From contig NJBI01000010.1 of assembly GCA_005222975.1 (NCBI GenBank), forward strand, positions 1 through 64,000: 64,000 bases of DNA, written 5' to 3'. The notes beneath the pieces are model-generated. The model saw nothing but the letters and a program-made list of their open reading frames with translations, did no database searches and had not been told where the DNA came from. Shown here piece after piece: positions 39,235-50,556 of the stretch (the first letter of the stretch is position 1; each line of letters starts with the position of its first letter). The DNA comes from Promethearchaeota archaeon Loki_b31 (GTDB lineage Archaea > Asgardarchaeota > Lokiarchaeia > Sigyniarchaeales > SOKP01). A program made the position numbers and the translations under genes.

Positions 39235-41145
39235 ATGGAAAAATTAGGCGAAGAAAATATACCTAGACCGGAATACCCAAGACCCCAATTTGTAAGAGCA
39301 GATAATTGGATAAATCTTAATGGAGAATGGGATTTTCAATTTGATGATTTTAATATAGGTTTAAGAGAGCGGTGGTACAAAAAACAAGCATCAAAAAAAT
39401 TTGATCAAAAGATTATGGTGCCATTTTGTTTTCAAAGTGAATTGAGTAGAGTTAATGATCAAGAGTTTCATGATATTGTTTGGTATAAAAAAGTAATTAA
39501 CTTACCAGAAAATTTTAAAAAAAAGCGAATCTTGTTACATTTCGGGGCAGTAGATTATCTTTGTAGAGTTTATCTAAATGGAGAGTATATAGGGAGTCAT
39601 GAAGGAGGATATATTGGATTTTCGCTTGATATTACAGATTTTGTTGAGAAAGAAAATTATTTAGTTATTCGTGTAGAAGATCCAAGCACAGATAATGAGA
39701 TCCCTCGAGGAAAACAGTATTGGAGAAAACAAAATGCGGGTATTTTCTATTCTAGAGTTACAGGTATTTGGCAAACTGTGTGGATCGATTGTGTTGACTT
39801 AAATTTCTATTTAAGAAAAGTAAAAATTACGCCTGATATTGATAATTCACTAATAAATCTTGGATGCGATATTTATGGGATTGGATTTGATGATCTTTAT
39901 ATTCAAGTCTCGATTTTGTTTGAGAACGATTTAATAACTGAATTTGAAACGAAATTAAATTTCTTAGGTAGTATTAGTAAAAAGAAAAGAGGTAAAAATA
40001 TTGTTAAAGAGGAAGTTGGATTCTACGAAAAAATATTTCGTTTTATTAAAAACCCAAATCAATTTCAACTTAAAATAAGAATTCAGAAAGAAAAATTAGA
40101 AATGTGGGATGTTAACACCCCTAATTTGTATGATCTTCATATTTCAATTTATAACAAGAAAACGGGGGAAATCTATGATAAGGTTAAATCATATTTTGGG
40201 ATGAGGAAAATTTCTATATCTAAAGGTATTGAAAGTATTAATGGTTTTAAAACTGCTAATAAGGTAATTCTATTGAATAATAAACCCATATATCAAAAAT
40301 TATTCTTAGTTCAGGGTTATTGGCCAGAAAGTTTATATACTGCCCCTTCTGATGACGCAATAAAACGAGATGTTCAGATTATTAAGGATTTCGGATTCAA
40401 TGGAATAAGAACACACCAAAAAGCATTCGATCCGAGATTTCTCTATTGGTGCGATAAGATGGGAGTTTTGGTATGGAGCGAGATCGGAAATGCCTTTGTT
40501 TTTTCTAAAGATTCCCAACTCAGATTAATGAACCAATATATAGAAATGATAGAAAGAGATTATAATCATCCTTCAATAATCACTTGGGTTATTTTAAACG
40601 AAGGTTGGGGTGTAGGTAATGCTGATAAAGACAAAAGAATGGTTGACTATATCGCTTCTATGTGCTTCTTAATAAAATCAATTGATCCAACAAGAATAAT
40701 TATAGATAATGCCGGATGGTGGCATACTATTTCTGATGTTTGTACGAAACATTTCTATTTAGATACAAAATTATTACCAAAAAATTTCGATGAGGAGAAA
40801 AGTATAAAATCACCTGATCCGATAGTTCCAGATTGTTATCTTGAACCTTATCATTATAATGATGAACCAATTGTATATAGTGAAATCGGAGGTTATGGTC
40901 TTGACTATTACGAGAAAGGAACAAAGGATTTTTTTTATCCGGTATTTAGTTCCCCTGAAGAACTTTTAACCAAGATTACAAACCTTTTAAAGGAATTTGA
41001 TAGAAGAAAAGAATGGATTCATGGATTTTGTTATACTGAGCTTTACGATCAGTTCCAGGAAATAAATGGTTTATTAACTTTCGATAGAGAACCTAAATTT
41101 CCACCGCATAAATTGAAAGAAAAACTAGATACAATGTTTTATTAA
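39235..41145 (+). CDS. Glycoside hydrolase family 2
   Basis: PRPEYPRPQF, LHFGAVDY, GFNGIRTHQK, NHPSIITWVILNEGWG, SEIGG. Confidence 0.93.
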   Translation: MEKLGEENIPRPEYPRPQFVRADNWINLNGEWDFQFDDFNIGLRERWYKKQASKKFDQKIMVPFCFQSELSRVNDQEFHDIVWYKKVINLPENFKKKRILLHFGAVDYLCRVYLNGEYIGSHEGGYIGFSLDITDFVEKENYLVIRVEDPSTDNEIPRGKQYWRKQNAGIFYSRVTGIWQTVWIDCVDLNFYLRKVKITPDIDNSLINLGCDIYGIGFDDLYIQVSILFENDLITEFETKLNFLGSISKKKRGKNIVKEEVGFYEKIFRFIKNPNQFQLKIRIQKEKLEMWDVNTPNLYDLHISIYNKKTGEIYDKVKSYFGMRKISISKGIESINGFKTANKVILLNNKPIYQKLFLVQGYWPESLYTAPSDDAIKRDVQIIKDFGFNGIRTHQKAFDPRFLYWCDKMGVLVWSEIGNAFVFSKDSQLRLMNQYIEMIERDYNHPSIITWVILNEGWGVGNADKDKRMVDYIASMCFLIKSIDPTRIIIDNAGWWHTISDVCTKHFYLDTKLLPKNFDEEKSIKSPDPIVPDCYLEPYHYNDEPIVYSEIGGYGLDYYEKGTKDFFYPVFSSPEELLTKITNLLKEFDRRKEWIHGFCYTELYDQFQEINGLLTFDREPKFPPHKLKEKLDTMFY

Positions 41146-41220
41146 ATTAGGTTAATTTTTCTTACAGAATATTAGAAATTAAAATTAAAATACTTTAGAA
41201 TTAGTAGGTTTGAAGTTAAA

Positions 41221-42036
41221 ATGGGAAGACCGTTATGGTTCGTAAATTTGCTGAAAAAAACTTTTCCTAATATTAAATTGATAGCTAAATTAACGAGGTT
41301 TCCTGTTGTTGGTAAAATCTTTGACTTCCTGTTATTTGAAGGAGACGAAATTATATACTTGACGCAAGATAAGGTAATTTCTATTAATAAAGAAGTCAAA
41401 AAACAAGCGGAAATGGTGTTACCCTCAAAAGTTTTGGAACACTTTATAGAAAAAGCTAACTACCATTGGGTAATGAATTTCTGTATATGTCGAGATTCAA
41501 TGCAGTGCAACGACTATCCAATTGATTTAGGATGCTTATTTCTGGGAGAAGCTGTTTTAGGAATTAATCCTCAATTAGGACGACTTGTGTCAAAAGAAGA
41601 AGCCCTTGATCATATAAAAAAATGTAAAGAAGCTGGTTTAGTTCACATGATTGGAAGAAATCGATTGGATAAGCAATGGCTTGGCGTAAATCCAGGGTAT
41701 AAACTTCTAAGTATATGTAATTGCGATCCTTGCTGCTGCTTATGGCGTATATCTCCCGTTTTAGCTTCTAAAATTGGTTCTAAAGTGCAAAAAATGCCAG
41801 GAGTCACCCTAGAAGTATCAGAAAGATGTGTGGGGTGCGGAACATGCATGCAAGGAATATGCTTTGTCGACGCGATACATATGGTTGACAACCGTGCCAA
41901 AATTACTGAGGAGTGTAGGGGGTGTGGTAGGTGCGTTGAAATTTGCCCCCAAAACGCTATCGAACTCACGATAAATGATAAAGAATATGTAGAGAAATCA
42001 ATTAAACAAATTGAAAAAATTATCGATGTTACCTAG
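41221..42036 (+). CDS. 4Fe-4S ferredoxin-domain protein
   Basis: CICR, CLFLG, ICNCDPCCC, two CxxCxxCxxxC motifs. Confidence 0.88.
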   Translation: MGRPLWFVNLLKKTFPNIKLIAKLTRFPVVGKIFDFLLFEGDEIIYLTQDKVISINKEVKKQAEMVLPSKVLEHFIEKANYHWVMNFCICRDSMQCNDYPIDLGCLFLGEAVLGINPQLGRLVSKEEALDHIKKCKEAGLVHMIGRNRLDKQWLGVNPGYKLLSICNCDPCCCLWRISPVLASKIGSKVQKMPGVTLEVSERCVGCGTCMQGICFVDAIHMVDNRAKITEECRGCGRCVEICPQNAIELTINDKEYVEKSIKQIEKIIDVT

Positions 42037-42070
42037 TTTTAAATCTTACCAATCTTAATTCTTTAATGAA

Positions 42071-43186
42071 ATGAGAATTAAGGACTTTAAATTAGAAGAA
42101 TATTTCGCAAAGTATGAGTTTAATGTTAAATACTCTTTGTGTTCCTCAGATTGCGAATCATTTAGCGTAGATGAATTGCTAACTTTAGAAAAGGATTCCT
42201 TAAAAGATCTTAAAGAAGTTTGGCTAGGTTATACTGAATCTCTTGGCAATCCTTTGTTAAGAGAAGAAATCTCTAAATTGTATAGCGATATCAAGCCAGA
42301 AGAGATAATTGTTTTTTCTGGAGCCCAAGAAGGAATTTTTGTTTTTATGAATGTTTTATTAAAGAAAGGAGATCATGTGATCGTTCAATATCCTGCTTAT
42401 CAATCGCTATACGAAATCGCTAACGCTATAGGATGTAAAGTTACTAAGTGGATAATGAGTGATGAGAACAATTGGGAACTTGATTTGAAATTCTTAGAAT
42501 CAAACATAGAGAAATCTACTAAATGTATTGTTGTAAATTTTCCACATAATCCAACTGGGCACCTCATCTCAAAAGAAAATTACGAAAAAATTATTAAGAT
42601 AGCTAAAGAAAACGATATTTACCTTCTTTCTGACGAGGTTTATAAATTTTTGGAGTATAACAAAGCCGACAGATTACCATCTGCTTGCGATCTTTACGAA
42701 AAAGGAATATCAATAGGCGTGATGTCAAAAGCATTTGGCCTTGCTGGGTTAAGAATTGGATGGATTGCAACAAAAAATAAAGCACTTTTCAAAAAAATCG
42801 CTTCTTTCAAGAATTATACTACTATTTGCAATAGTGCCTTAAGCGAATTTTTTTCAATTTTGGCTTTACGTAATAGGGACAATATTATTAACAGGAATTT
42901 GGACATAATTAATAAAAATTTGAACCTACTGGATAACTTTTTCAATAAATATAAAAATATATTCTATTGGGTTAAACCAATAGCCAGCTCAATAGCTTTT
43001 CCTAGATTAATAATAGATACTAATGTGGAAGCTTTCTGTTTTGACTTAATAAAAGAGAAAGGAGTATTATTGATGCCTGGCACCAAATACGATTATGGCG
43101 ATCACCACTTTAGAATTGGATTTGGTAGAAAAAACATGCCTAAAGCATTAAAAAAATTAGAAGAATACTTAGAAGAAAAATATTAA
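42071..43186 (+). CDS. PLP-dependent aminotransferase class I/II
   Basis: NFPHNPTG, SDEVY, SKAFGLAGLRIGW. Confidence 0.93.
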   Translation: MRIKDFKLEEYFAKYEFNVKYSLCSSDCESFSVDELLTLEKDSLKDLKEVWLGYTESLGNPLLREEISKLYSDIKPEEIIVFSGAQEGIFVFMNVLLKKGDHVIVQYPAYQSLYEIANAIGCKVTKWIMSDENNWELDLKFLESNIEKSTKCIVVNFPHNPTGHLISKENYEKIIKIAKENDIYLLSDEVYKFLEYNKADRLPSACDLYEKGISIGVMSKAFGLAGLRIGWIATKNKALFKKIASFKNYTTICNSALSEFFSILALRNRDNIINRNLDIINKNLNLLDNFFNKYKNIFYWVKPIASSIAFPRLIIDTNVEAFCFDLIKEKGVLLMPGTKYDYGDHHFRIGFGRKNMPKALKKLEEYLEEKY

Positions 43187-43208
43187 AATTTAAAATTTTA
43201 AGGTATTA

Positions 43209-44093
43209 TTATACATCAATTCCATTCATTTTTGCTAAAACTCTGTATAATCCTTGAGTTCCAAGGTTCTCTAAACCTAATGCCGTTGCAGATATGTAAA
43301 ACTGATAAGCGAGGGCAAGCCCGGGTAACGATAAATTCAATTGTTTCGCTTCTTTTAACGCAATGCCCATGTCCTTTATGAAATGTTTAATAAAAAAGCC
43401 CGGATCGAAATTACCTTTTACAATTCGGGGACCAAGATTGTTTATCGACCAACAGCCCGCAGCACCCTTCCCAATAACATTTATTACTTCCCCTAAATCA
43501 TTTCCTGCTTTATAAGCGTACAATAAGGACTCTACAACCCCTATCATAGTAGAGGCAATGAGAATTTGATTACTCATTTTAGTATGTTGCCCAGCTCCTG
43601 CTTTACCCATATATGCGATATTTTTACCCATTAACTCGAAAAAAGGGAACACTTTTTCGTACGTCTCTTTATCGCCACCAGCCATTATTGCTAGCATTCC
43701 ATTTTTAGCGCCAACATCTCCTCCAGATACAGGTGCATCGATAGATAATACGCCTATCTTTTTTGCCTCTTTATATACTCTTTGAGCAAGAGAAGGTTCG
43801 GATGTTGTCATATCAACGATAATTGACCCTTTTTTTATCGCTTTTAGAACTCCATTTTCTCCTAGATAAACATCTTCGACATCGTGAGGGAAGCCAACGA
43901 TGGTAAAAACGATATCACTCTTTTCAGCAACTTCTTTAGGGTTTGAACACCAAACAGCGCCCATATCAATCAATTCTTTAGCTTTTTCTTTTGTTCGATT
44001 ATAAACTGAAACATTATATCCAGCTTTTAAAATATGGGCACACATAGACTTACCCATAACTCCTGTTCCTATCCATCCAACACGGTTATCCAT
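43209..44093 (-). CDS. 3-hydroxyisobutyrate dehydrogenase-family NAD(P) oxidoreductase
   Basis: GWIGTGVMG, DAPVSGGDVGA, GAGQHTKMSNQ, KDMGIAL. Confidence 0.93.
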   Translation of the reverse strand: MDNRVGWIGTGVMGKSMCAHILKAGYNVSVYNRTKEKAKELIDMGAVWCSNPKEVAEKSDIVFTIVGFPHDVEDVYLGENGVLKAIKKGSIIVDMTTSEPSLAQRVYKEAKKIGVLSIDAPVSGGDVGAKNGMLAIMAGGDKETYEKVFPFFELMGKNIAYMGKAGAGQHTKMSNQILIASTMIGVVESLLYAYKAGNDLGEVINVIGKGAAGCWSINNLGPRIVKGNFDPGFFIKHFIKDMGIALKEAKQLNLSLPGLALAYQFYISATALGLENLGTQGLYRVLAKMNGIDV

Positions 44094-44199
44094 ATTTTTA
44101 TCAACTTTTTAAGCGAAATTCTTTAATTACTATATTCAGATTAATTTAAGAAAATTTGTAATCTTTTTTCCTATAAATTTTTAAAAAAGAAATTAAGAG

Positions 44200-45651
44200 T
44201 TATTTGTGTTTTTGCTCCCAAAATAGATTTCCTTTCTTAACATTATCAATTCGTGTTCTATGTTTAAGCGCAGAAACCGCTTGAACTGCTTCTTTAATGG
44301 AATGAAAAGTGGATATGTACGCGAGTTCAAGGGATTCGATTATTAAAGTGTATTTTGGAACGTACGGAATAAAACATACTACGGGCTTATTTTTTGTAGA
44401 AACAATATTAGCTATCCTTCGACCTATTTGAAACGAGATGTTAGGAGGATAAGGAAGCAGTAGTAATATTATACACTCAATACGCTCAACATCCGATAAA
44501 TATCTTACTATATCTTCAATATCGGTATCGATCACAGAACCCGTTAAATCTATTGGATTATTAAAAGATGCAATTTCTTGGGTAGCGGGATTCATAAGCT
44601 TTCTTAAGTCTTTTTTCTCTTGCCTTTCAAGTCGTACTGCATTCAAACCATAATTTTTCAACATATCGGACGCAATTACTCCGTGGCCTCCAGAAACTGA
44701 CACAATCACGACATCTCCATAGGTAATAACATTTTGCCCAAATGGGTTTTTTCTATGCGATAATACATCATAGACTTTTAAGCTCGATAATAGCTCTCTT
44801 TCAGAATTAGCTTGTATAATTTGATATTGCCTCAATGCTGCTGATAGTATTTTATAATTTCCTGCTAAACTAGCTGTATGCGACTGTGTAGCTACTTTTC
44901 CTTCCCTAGTTTTTCCTCCAAAGAAAGTTACAACAGTATCCTCTGATTCTTTTGCTAATTGCAAAAATCTTCTTGCTCTCCCTTCCTTAAATCCCTCTAA
45001 ATAGAACGCAATGTTAGTTGTTTCCTTGTCGACCTTGCTAAAATATTCTAATAGCATTGTTTCGTCAACAACCGCTCGATTTCCTATGGAAACTGCGGTA
45101 GATACGCCTATATTTCTCTCCTTGAATTTATTGAAAAACTGGTCTACCAATACTCCTCCACTTTGACTTATTAATGCCACAGAACCTTTCGGTGGTCTTG
45201 TAATACGCTCCGTAGGTAAAAAGATTGTGTCTACAAGTGGACTTGCGTAAACACCAAGACAATTCGGACCGAGAACTGCAATATCGTTTTCAAAAGCTAT
45301 TTTCTCCAATATTTGTTGTCTTTTCTTACCTTTTCCCCCGATTTCAGCAAAACCGCCACTAATTATCACGCTTGAAGGAATTCCTAGATCTGCGCAGTCT
45401 TGGATATATCCTAAGGTGTCGTCCGGTCCAACTGCAATAACGAGGAGATCTGGAATCTTAGGTAATTTATCTAACCTTTCGTACAATTGAATGCCTTCAA
45501 TATCCCCTCCCGTTGGATAAATTCCAAAAACCTCGACATTCATTTCAAACTCATTTTTTAATAAAACAATTCTTCCCGGGCTAAGGGGATTTCTTTTTGA
45601 AATACCCACTACTGCCATTGATTTTGGTTTGAATAACTTTTCTAAATCCAT
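44200..45651 (-). CDS. Acyl-CoA synthetase (NDP-forming) alpha-like subunit
   Basis: LFKPKSMAVVG, GGFAE, GPNCLG, SQSGG, SHTASLAG, NPIDLTG. Confidence 0.9.
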   Translation of the reverse strand: MDLEKLFKPKSMAVVGISKRNPLSPGRIVLLKNEFEMNVEVFGIYPTGGDIEGIQLYERLDKLPKIPDLLVIAVGPDDTLGYIQDCADLGIPSSVIISGGFAEIGGKGKKRQQILEKIAFENDIAVLGPNCLGVYASPLVDTIFLPTERITRPPKGSVALISQSGGVLVDQFFNKFKERNIGVSTAVSIGNRAVVDETMLLEYFSKVDKETTNIAFYLEGFKEGRARRFLQLAKESEDTVVTFFGGKTREGKVATQSHTASLAGNYKILSAALRQYQIIQANSERELLSSLKVYDVLSHRKNPFGQNVITYGDVVIVSVSGGHGVIASDMLKNYGLNAVRLERQEKKDLRKLMNPATQEIASFNNPIDLTGSVIDTDIEDIVRYLSDVERIECIILLLLPYPPNISFQIGRRIANIVSTKNKPVVCFIPYVPKYTLIIESLELAYISTFHSIKEAVQAVSALKHRTRIDNVKKGNLFWEQKHK

Positions 45652-45888
45652 TTTAGACAGAACTCTTCAATGTTCTTTATAGTGATATATTTGTTAAAGA
45701 TTAAAATCATATCTATTTTTATCTTATGTTTATTTTTGATAATAATTCAATAGAATAAAGATTAAAGGATTAAGGTTTTGACTCTATTAAATTTCAAAAT
45801 AAGTATCAAACTTCCAATCATGAACAAATATTTATTTAAGATAAAAAAGAAATAAGATCAATTTAATTAAAAATTTTACTGGTAATTT

Positions 45889-47289
45889 ATGAGCGAAACT
45901 GAAAATAGAATTGAAAAAACAAAATTTTCATATAAACGCGCTGTTTCCTACAGCATTGGTCAAATCGCGGATATAGCCTCTTACCAAGCGTTCACATTTT
46001 TGACTTTTACATTTTACTTCGCAGTCGTAGGAATCGACATAGGGTTAATTATGATAGGATTTATTATATGGTCAATATGGAATAGTTTCAACGATACATT
46101 TATCGGTTATTTATCGGATAAAACACATACTAGATGGGGGCGTAGATTCCCTTGGATCATGGCTTCTTTAATTCCAATAGCCGTGATTATGGTTCTATTG
46201 TTTACACCACTATCTTCAATAGGTATTACCGATCCTACTCTAAACTTCGTATATTTTATGATTATAATCATTGTATTTGAATTATTTTTTACAATGTATG
46301 ATATAAATTATACTTCTTTGTACCCAGAAATTTTTATAACTGAGGAAGAACGGGCGAAAGGTAATAATGTAAGGCAACTTTTTGCTATAGTTGGATTGCT
46401 TGCAGCCTTCCTTTTGCCTGGCATGTTTATTTCTAGCTATACAAGCCCATTACCTGGAGAATATCCTACTTATGGAATAGTTGTTGCCATAATTGTCGTT
46501 ATTGCTGGTTTACTTTTCTTAAAATTCTCACCAAAAGGAAGAACTGAATTTCGGAAGGATTATAAAGACGCTCCTAATTTTTTCAACACTTTAAAATATA
46601 GTTTTAAAAATAAGAGCTTCATGCGTTACATTCCCGCAGAAATTGCTAATTGGTTTGTTTATGGGATGATTCCTGTGATGGTTCCCCTTTATGGTGAATT
46701 TATTTTAGATGTTGAACCTTTTACTATATCGCTTTTGTTAGGTGTTAGTTTTTTATCTGCTGGACTTTTTATGACAGTACTTTGGAAACCAGTGGTTCAA
46801 AAATTAGGCCCGAGAAAATCGTGGCTAATATCAATGACAATTTGGATCATAACTCTAATTCCGCTATTTTTTCTAGGGCCAGGGATGGAAGTAGTAGCAT
46901 TTATAGTATTCTTCTTAATTGGAATAGGTTTAGCTGGCTCTTTATACATAATTGATATAATTATTGCAGACATTGTAGACGAAGACGAAGTGAAAACAGG
47001 AATACGCCGTGAGGGGGGATATTACGGAATCAACATCTTCTTTCAGCGATTTGCAACTGTATTTGTTTTTCTAATTATAGGACCTGTGTTTCTTATTGCT
47101 GATTGGGGTACATTCACTCCTATTGACATCCCAGAATTTGAAATAAGGAGTTTGTTGGTAATCTTTCCCGTAATAGCTCTGGTAATCGCTATTATTGCAA
47201 TATATTTTTACCCTTTAGATGGCAAATATTTAAAGCAAATCAAAGAACAACGCGATGAAATTCATCAAGACAAAAAATCAAAAATTTAA
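45889..47289 (+). CDS. MFS transporter, GPH/MelB family
   Basis: NDTFIGYLSDKTHTRWGRRFPW; ADIVDEDE..RREG; many TM segments. Confidence 0.93.
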   Translation: MSETENRIEKTKFSYKRAVSYSIGQIADIASYQAFTFLTFTFYFAVVGIDIGLIMIGFIIWSIWNSFNDTFIGYLSDKTHTRWGRRFPWIMASLIPIAVIMVLLFTPLSSIGITDPTLNFVYFMIIIIVFELFFTMYDINYTSLYPEIFITEEERAKGNNVRQLFAIVGLLAAFLLPGMFISSYTSPLPGEYPTYGIVVAIIVVIAGLLFLKFSPKGRTEFRKDYKDAPNFFNTLKYSFKNKSFMRYIPAEIANWFVYGMIPVMVPLYGEFILDVEPFTISLLLGVSFLSAGLFMTVLWKPVVQKLGPRKSWLISMTIWIITLIPLFFLGPGMEVVAFIVFFLIGIGLAGSLYIIDIIIADIVDEDEVKTGIRREGGYYGINIFFQRFATVFVFLIIGPVFLIADWGTFTPIDIPEFEIRSLLVIFPVIALVIAIIAIYFYPLDGKYLKQIKEQRDEIHQDKKSKI

Positions 47290-47360
47290 CTTTTTTTTAT
47301 TTTATTAAGTATCTATAAAGTAATATATTGTTAAAATTCATTATTGAAATTGAAAATTCT

Positions 47361-48881
47361 ATGAAAGTATGTATAATTGGATCTGGTATTGCAGGATTAA
47401 CCTCTGCGGCATATTTAGTAAAGAATGGGCATAAAGTCACAATTTTTGAACAATTTAATCAAATTGGAGGTGTTACTGCTTCATTCGAAAAGGACGGATA
47501 TAAATGGGATTTAGGACAACTTCTACTCGAGGGGATAGGGGCAGGAGAACCAGTTGGTGATGTACTTAAAGAATTGGGAGTGTTGGATCAAATTGAAGTG
47601 ATAAAGGACGATCGAACATATATTTTCCCCGATTTTGAAATAAAAAAACCTGAGAAGTATGAAGGTCTTAAATGGAGGATGGATAAGTTAAGGGAACTTT
47701 TTCCAGAGGACGCTAAAGGATTGTCTAAATACTGGAAATATTATCTGCGCTTTATGAAACTAATGACAATCGCGCGTAAAATGGAAAAAACAAAAGGAAT
47801 AAGAAAATTTGGTTATAAAATTTCTCTATTATTAACATTATTCCCTTTAATTACGAAAAAAAATTGGAGCGCTCAAAAATTAATGGATCATCTCTTTAAA
47901 TCTAAAAGGCTTCAAAGCATATTTATCTCTATATTGGCAGATTTTTTCGTAAAACCAACTCAGTTTATTGGACTCGGGGTTTTCGCTTTGAATCCAGAAC
48001 CTTTTTACGATAAACGAATGCCAAAAAAATTAACAAAAAAATCTGAACATTTACATCTTTTTAATGTTTTAGGAGGAATTGGTTCTTTAATAGATGCATT
48101 AAGCAATAGAATTCAACAAAAAGGAGGAAAAATCTTAACAAATAGTTTGGTTTCAATAATACTCGTTGAAAACAATAAGGTTACAGGTTTACAAACTGAC
48201 AACGGTCAAACACACCCTGCTGACTTAATAATTGCAAGTGGAGGGGCGAAAGAAACATTTTTGAAGTTAATTGGAAAAAAAGATTTACCTATAGAATTTT
48301 TAGAGGAAGTCGAAAATATTTCATTAATGGATTCTGTATGTATGGTTCATCTAGGTGTAGATTATAACCCGTCTCCCTACTTATCAGAAGTGTGTACTTA
48401 TTATTATGGTACATACGATATTGAAGGAGGGGTAGAACATTGTCTAAAAGGTCTTTACCACGAAGGGGCAGATGGTTTTGTAGTACATGTCCCTTCATTT
48501 CATTCTCCATCGATGGCTCCTCCAGATCATAATGCGATAACAATTTATACAATTTGTCCAGATTCATTAAAAGAAGGAAATTGGGAGGAAAAAAAAGAAG
48601 GGTACTCCGAAAAGTTAATAGAATATGCCGAGAAAAGGATTCCTAACCTTCGAGACCACATCAAAACTAAAATAATTATGACTCCAGAAGATTTTCGGAA
48701 AAGAACTAATTTAAATCATCACGCTTTTGGTGGAATAGCACCAATCATGGGCAAACAAGGTATTCCTCATAAAACCCCAATTGAGAATTTATGGTTTGTG
48801 GGTGCACAAAGCGAAAGTGGGGGCGGTGTTAGCACGATTATACTAAGTATATATAGGATGATAAAAAGATTTAAAATTTAA
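47361..48881 (+). CDS. Phytoene desaturase-like FAD-dependent oxidoreductase
   Basis: MKVCIIGSGIAGL, EQ..QIGG, GYKWDLG, TPIENLWFVG. Confidence 0.85.
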   Translation: MKVCIIGSGIAGLTSAAYLVKNGHKVTIFEQFNQIGGVTASFEKDGYKWDLGQLLLEGIGAGEPVGDVLKELGVLDQIEVIKDDRTYIFPDFEIKKPEKYEGLKWRMDKLRELFPEDAKGLSKYWKYYLRFMKLMTIARKMEKTKGIRKFGYKISLLLTLFPLITKKNWSAQKLMDHLFKSKRLQSIFISILADFFVKPTQFIGLGVFALNPEPFYDKRMPKKLTKKSEHLHLFNVLGGIGSLIDALSNRIQQKGGKILTNSLVSIILVENNKVTGLQTDNGQTHPADLIIASGGAKETFLKLIGKKDLPIEFLEEVENISLMDSVCMVHLGVDYNPSPYLSEVCTYYYGTYDIEGGVEHCLKGLYHEGADGFVVHVPSFHSPSMAPPDHNAITIYTICPDSLKEGNWEEKKEGYSEKLIEYAEKRIPNLRDHIKTKIIMTPEDFRKRTNLNHHAFGGIAPIMGKQGIPHKTPIENLWFVGAQSESGGGVSTIILSIYRMIKRFKI

Positions 48882-49004
48882 TTGATTAAATCTCTTAAAT
48901 TTTAATATAATTAATGAAAAATGTCTTACCTAAACATTTATTAAAGAAAAAATTGATTAAGATTAACTACAAATTTATTAAAATTGATTAATTGGTGATG
49001 ATTT

Positions 49005-50396
49005 TTGAGTAAAAAAGAATCTGGAACTCTTAAAAAAGCGTTTTTCTATAGTTTTGGTCAAATAAGTGATGTAACAGCCTACCAAGCATTTATTCTTTTA
49101 ATTTTTACATTTTATTTTACTGTAGTTCAAATAAATATATGGTTAATCACTCTAGGATATTTTATATGGACGGTTTGGAACATGTTTAACGACCCTTTAA
49201 TAGGATATTTATCAGATAGAACTCACACAAAATGGGGTCGCCGTATGCCTTATATTGTTGTATTTTTCGCACCTTTAGCTGTAGTAATGTATTTCCTGTT
49301 CACACCTCCGTTGCCTGTTGGTACAATAAATGAAGTTGGTAATTTCTACTATTTTTAAATGATTATTCTCGTCTTTGAACTATTTTACACTGCTTTCAGT
49401 TTAAATCTGACGTCACTTTTTCCAGAAGTTTTCATGACCGAGCAAGAACGAACGAAAGCAAATAATGTTCGTCAAATTTTCTCAATTATAGGCTTAATTT
49501 TTGCGTTTATATTGCCTGGACTAATAATATCAGATTTTTCTGATCCCGGTGCTTTACCTGAATATCAATTGTTCGGAATTATAGCCGGAATAATTGTAAT
49601 CGTGGGGGTATTAATTTTTCTGCTATTTGGTCCAAAAGAAAAACAAGAATTTCGAGAAGATTATAAGAATGCATTTGGATTCTTTAAAACTATAAAATTT
49701 TGCTTTAAGAGTAAGTCTTTTAGATGGTATATCGTTTCGGAAACATCAAATTGGTTTGTATTTGGTATGCTTCCTACTCTCGTTCCACTCTATGCAAAAT
49801 TCGTTTTAAATGAATCAGTCGCATTCATGGCTTCACTGCTTTTAGGCTTAACATTTATTTCAGCTACGCTTTTTATTACATTCTTGTGGAGACCAGTTGT
49901 TCGTAAATTCGGTAATAGAAAAGCGTGGATGATCTCAATGACCATCTGGATATTATCACTGTTTCCTTTAATGTTTATAGGAGATCTTATATCAGGGATG
50001 ATTATTTTCTTCTTAATAGGGATGGGTTTATCTGGTTCATTGTATATTATTGACCTAGTTGTCGCGGATATCGTAGACGAAGACGAAATTACTACAGGAA
50101 TGCGTAGAGAAGCGGGATTTTATGGCGTAAATGCTTTCGTCCTTAGGTTTTCTAATATTTTAGTAATTTTAGCCATAAGCACAGTTTTTAGTACTGTTGG
50201 TTGGGCAACCTTTGATCCATCAGTTGATCCATCGCAAGTTGCTTTCGGGTTAAGAGCTTTAATCTTTATATTTCCAGCAATAGCCCTATTAATTGCCATA
50301 TTGGCAATATACAAATACCCCTTACACGGTGAAAAACTTAAGGAAGTCAAAGAAAAACTCGAGGAAATTCACGAACAAAAGAAAGCAAGAGTGTAA
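49005..50396 (+). pseudogene. GPH-family MFS transporter with an in-frame TAA at 49356-49358
   Basis: NFYYF*MIILVFELF aligns with NFVYFMIIIIVFELF of the paralog at 45889; both halves are in the same frame. Confidence 0.75.
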
Positions 50397-50556
50397 AATT
50401 AAAAAATTTTTCTTTTTTTTCTTATTCTTATTTCTATTTAATTGTTTATTATCAATAAAAAAAAATATTATTTCCTCCAACTATTAAATTAGCTCTTAAT
50501 AATCAATAAATATTAAAAATTAGATAAGGAAAATAAAAGAAATAATAATTCAGAAT

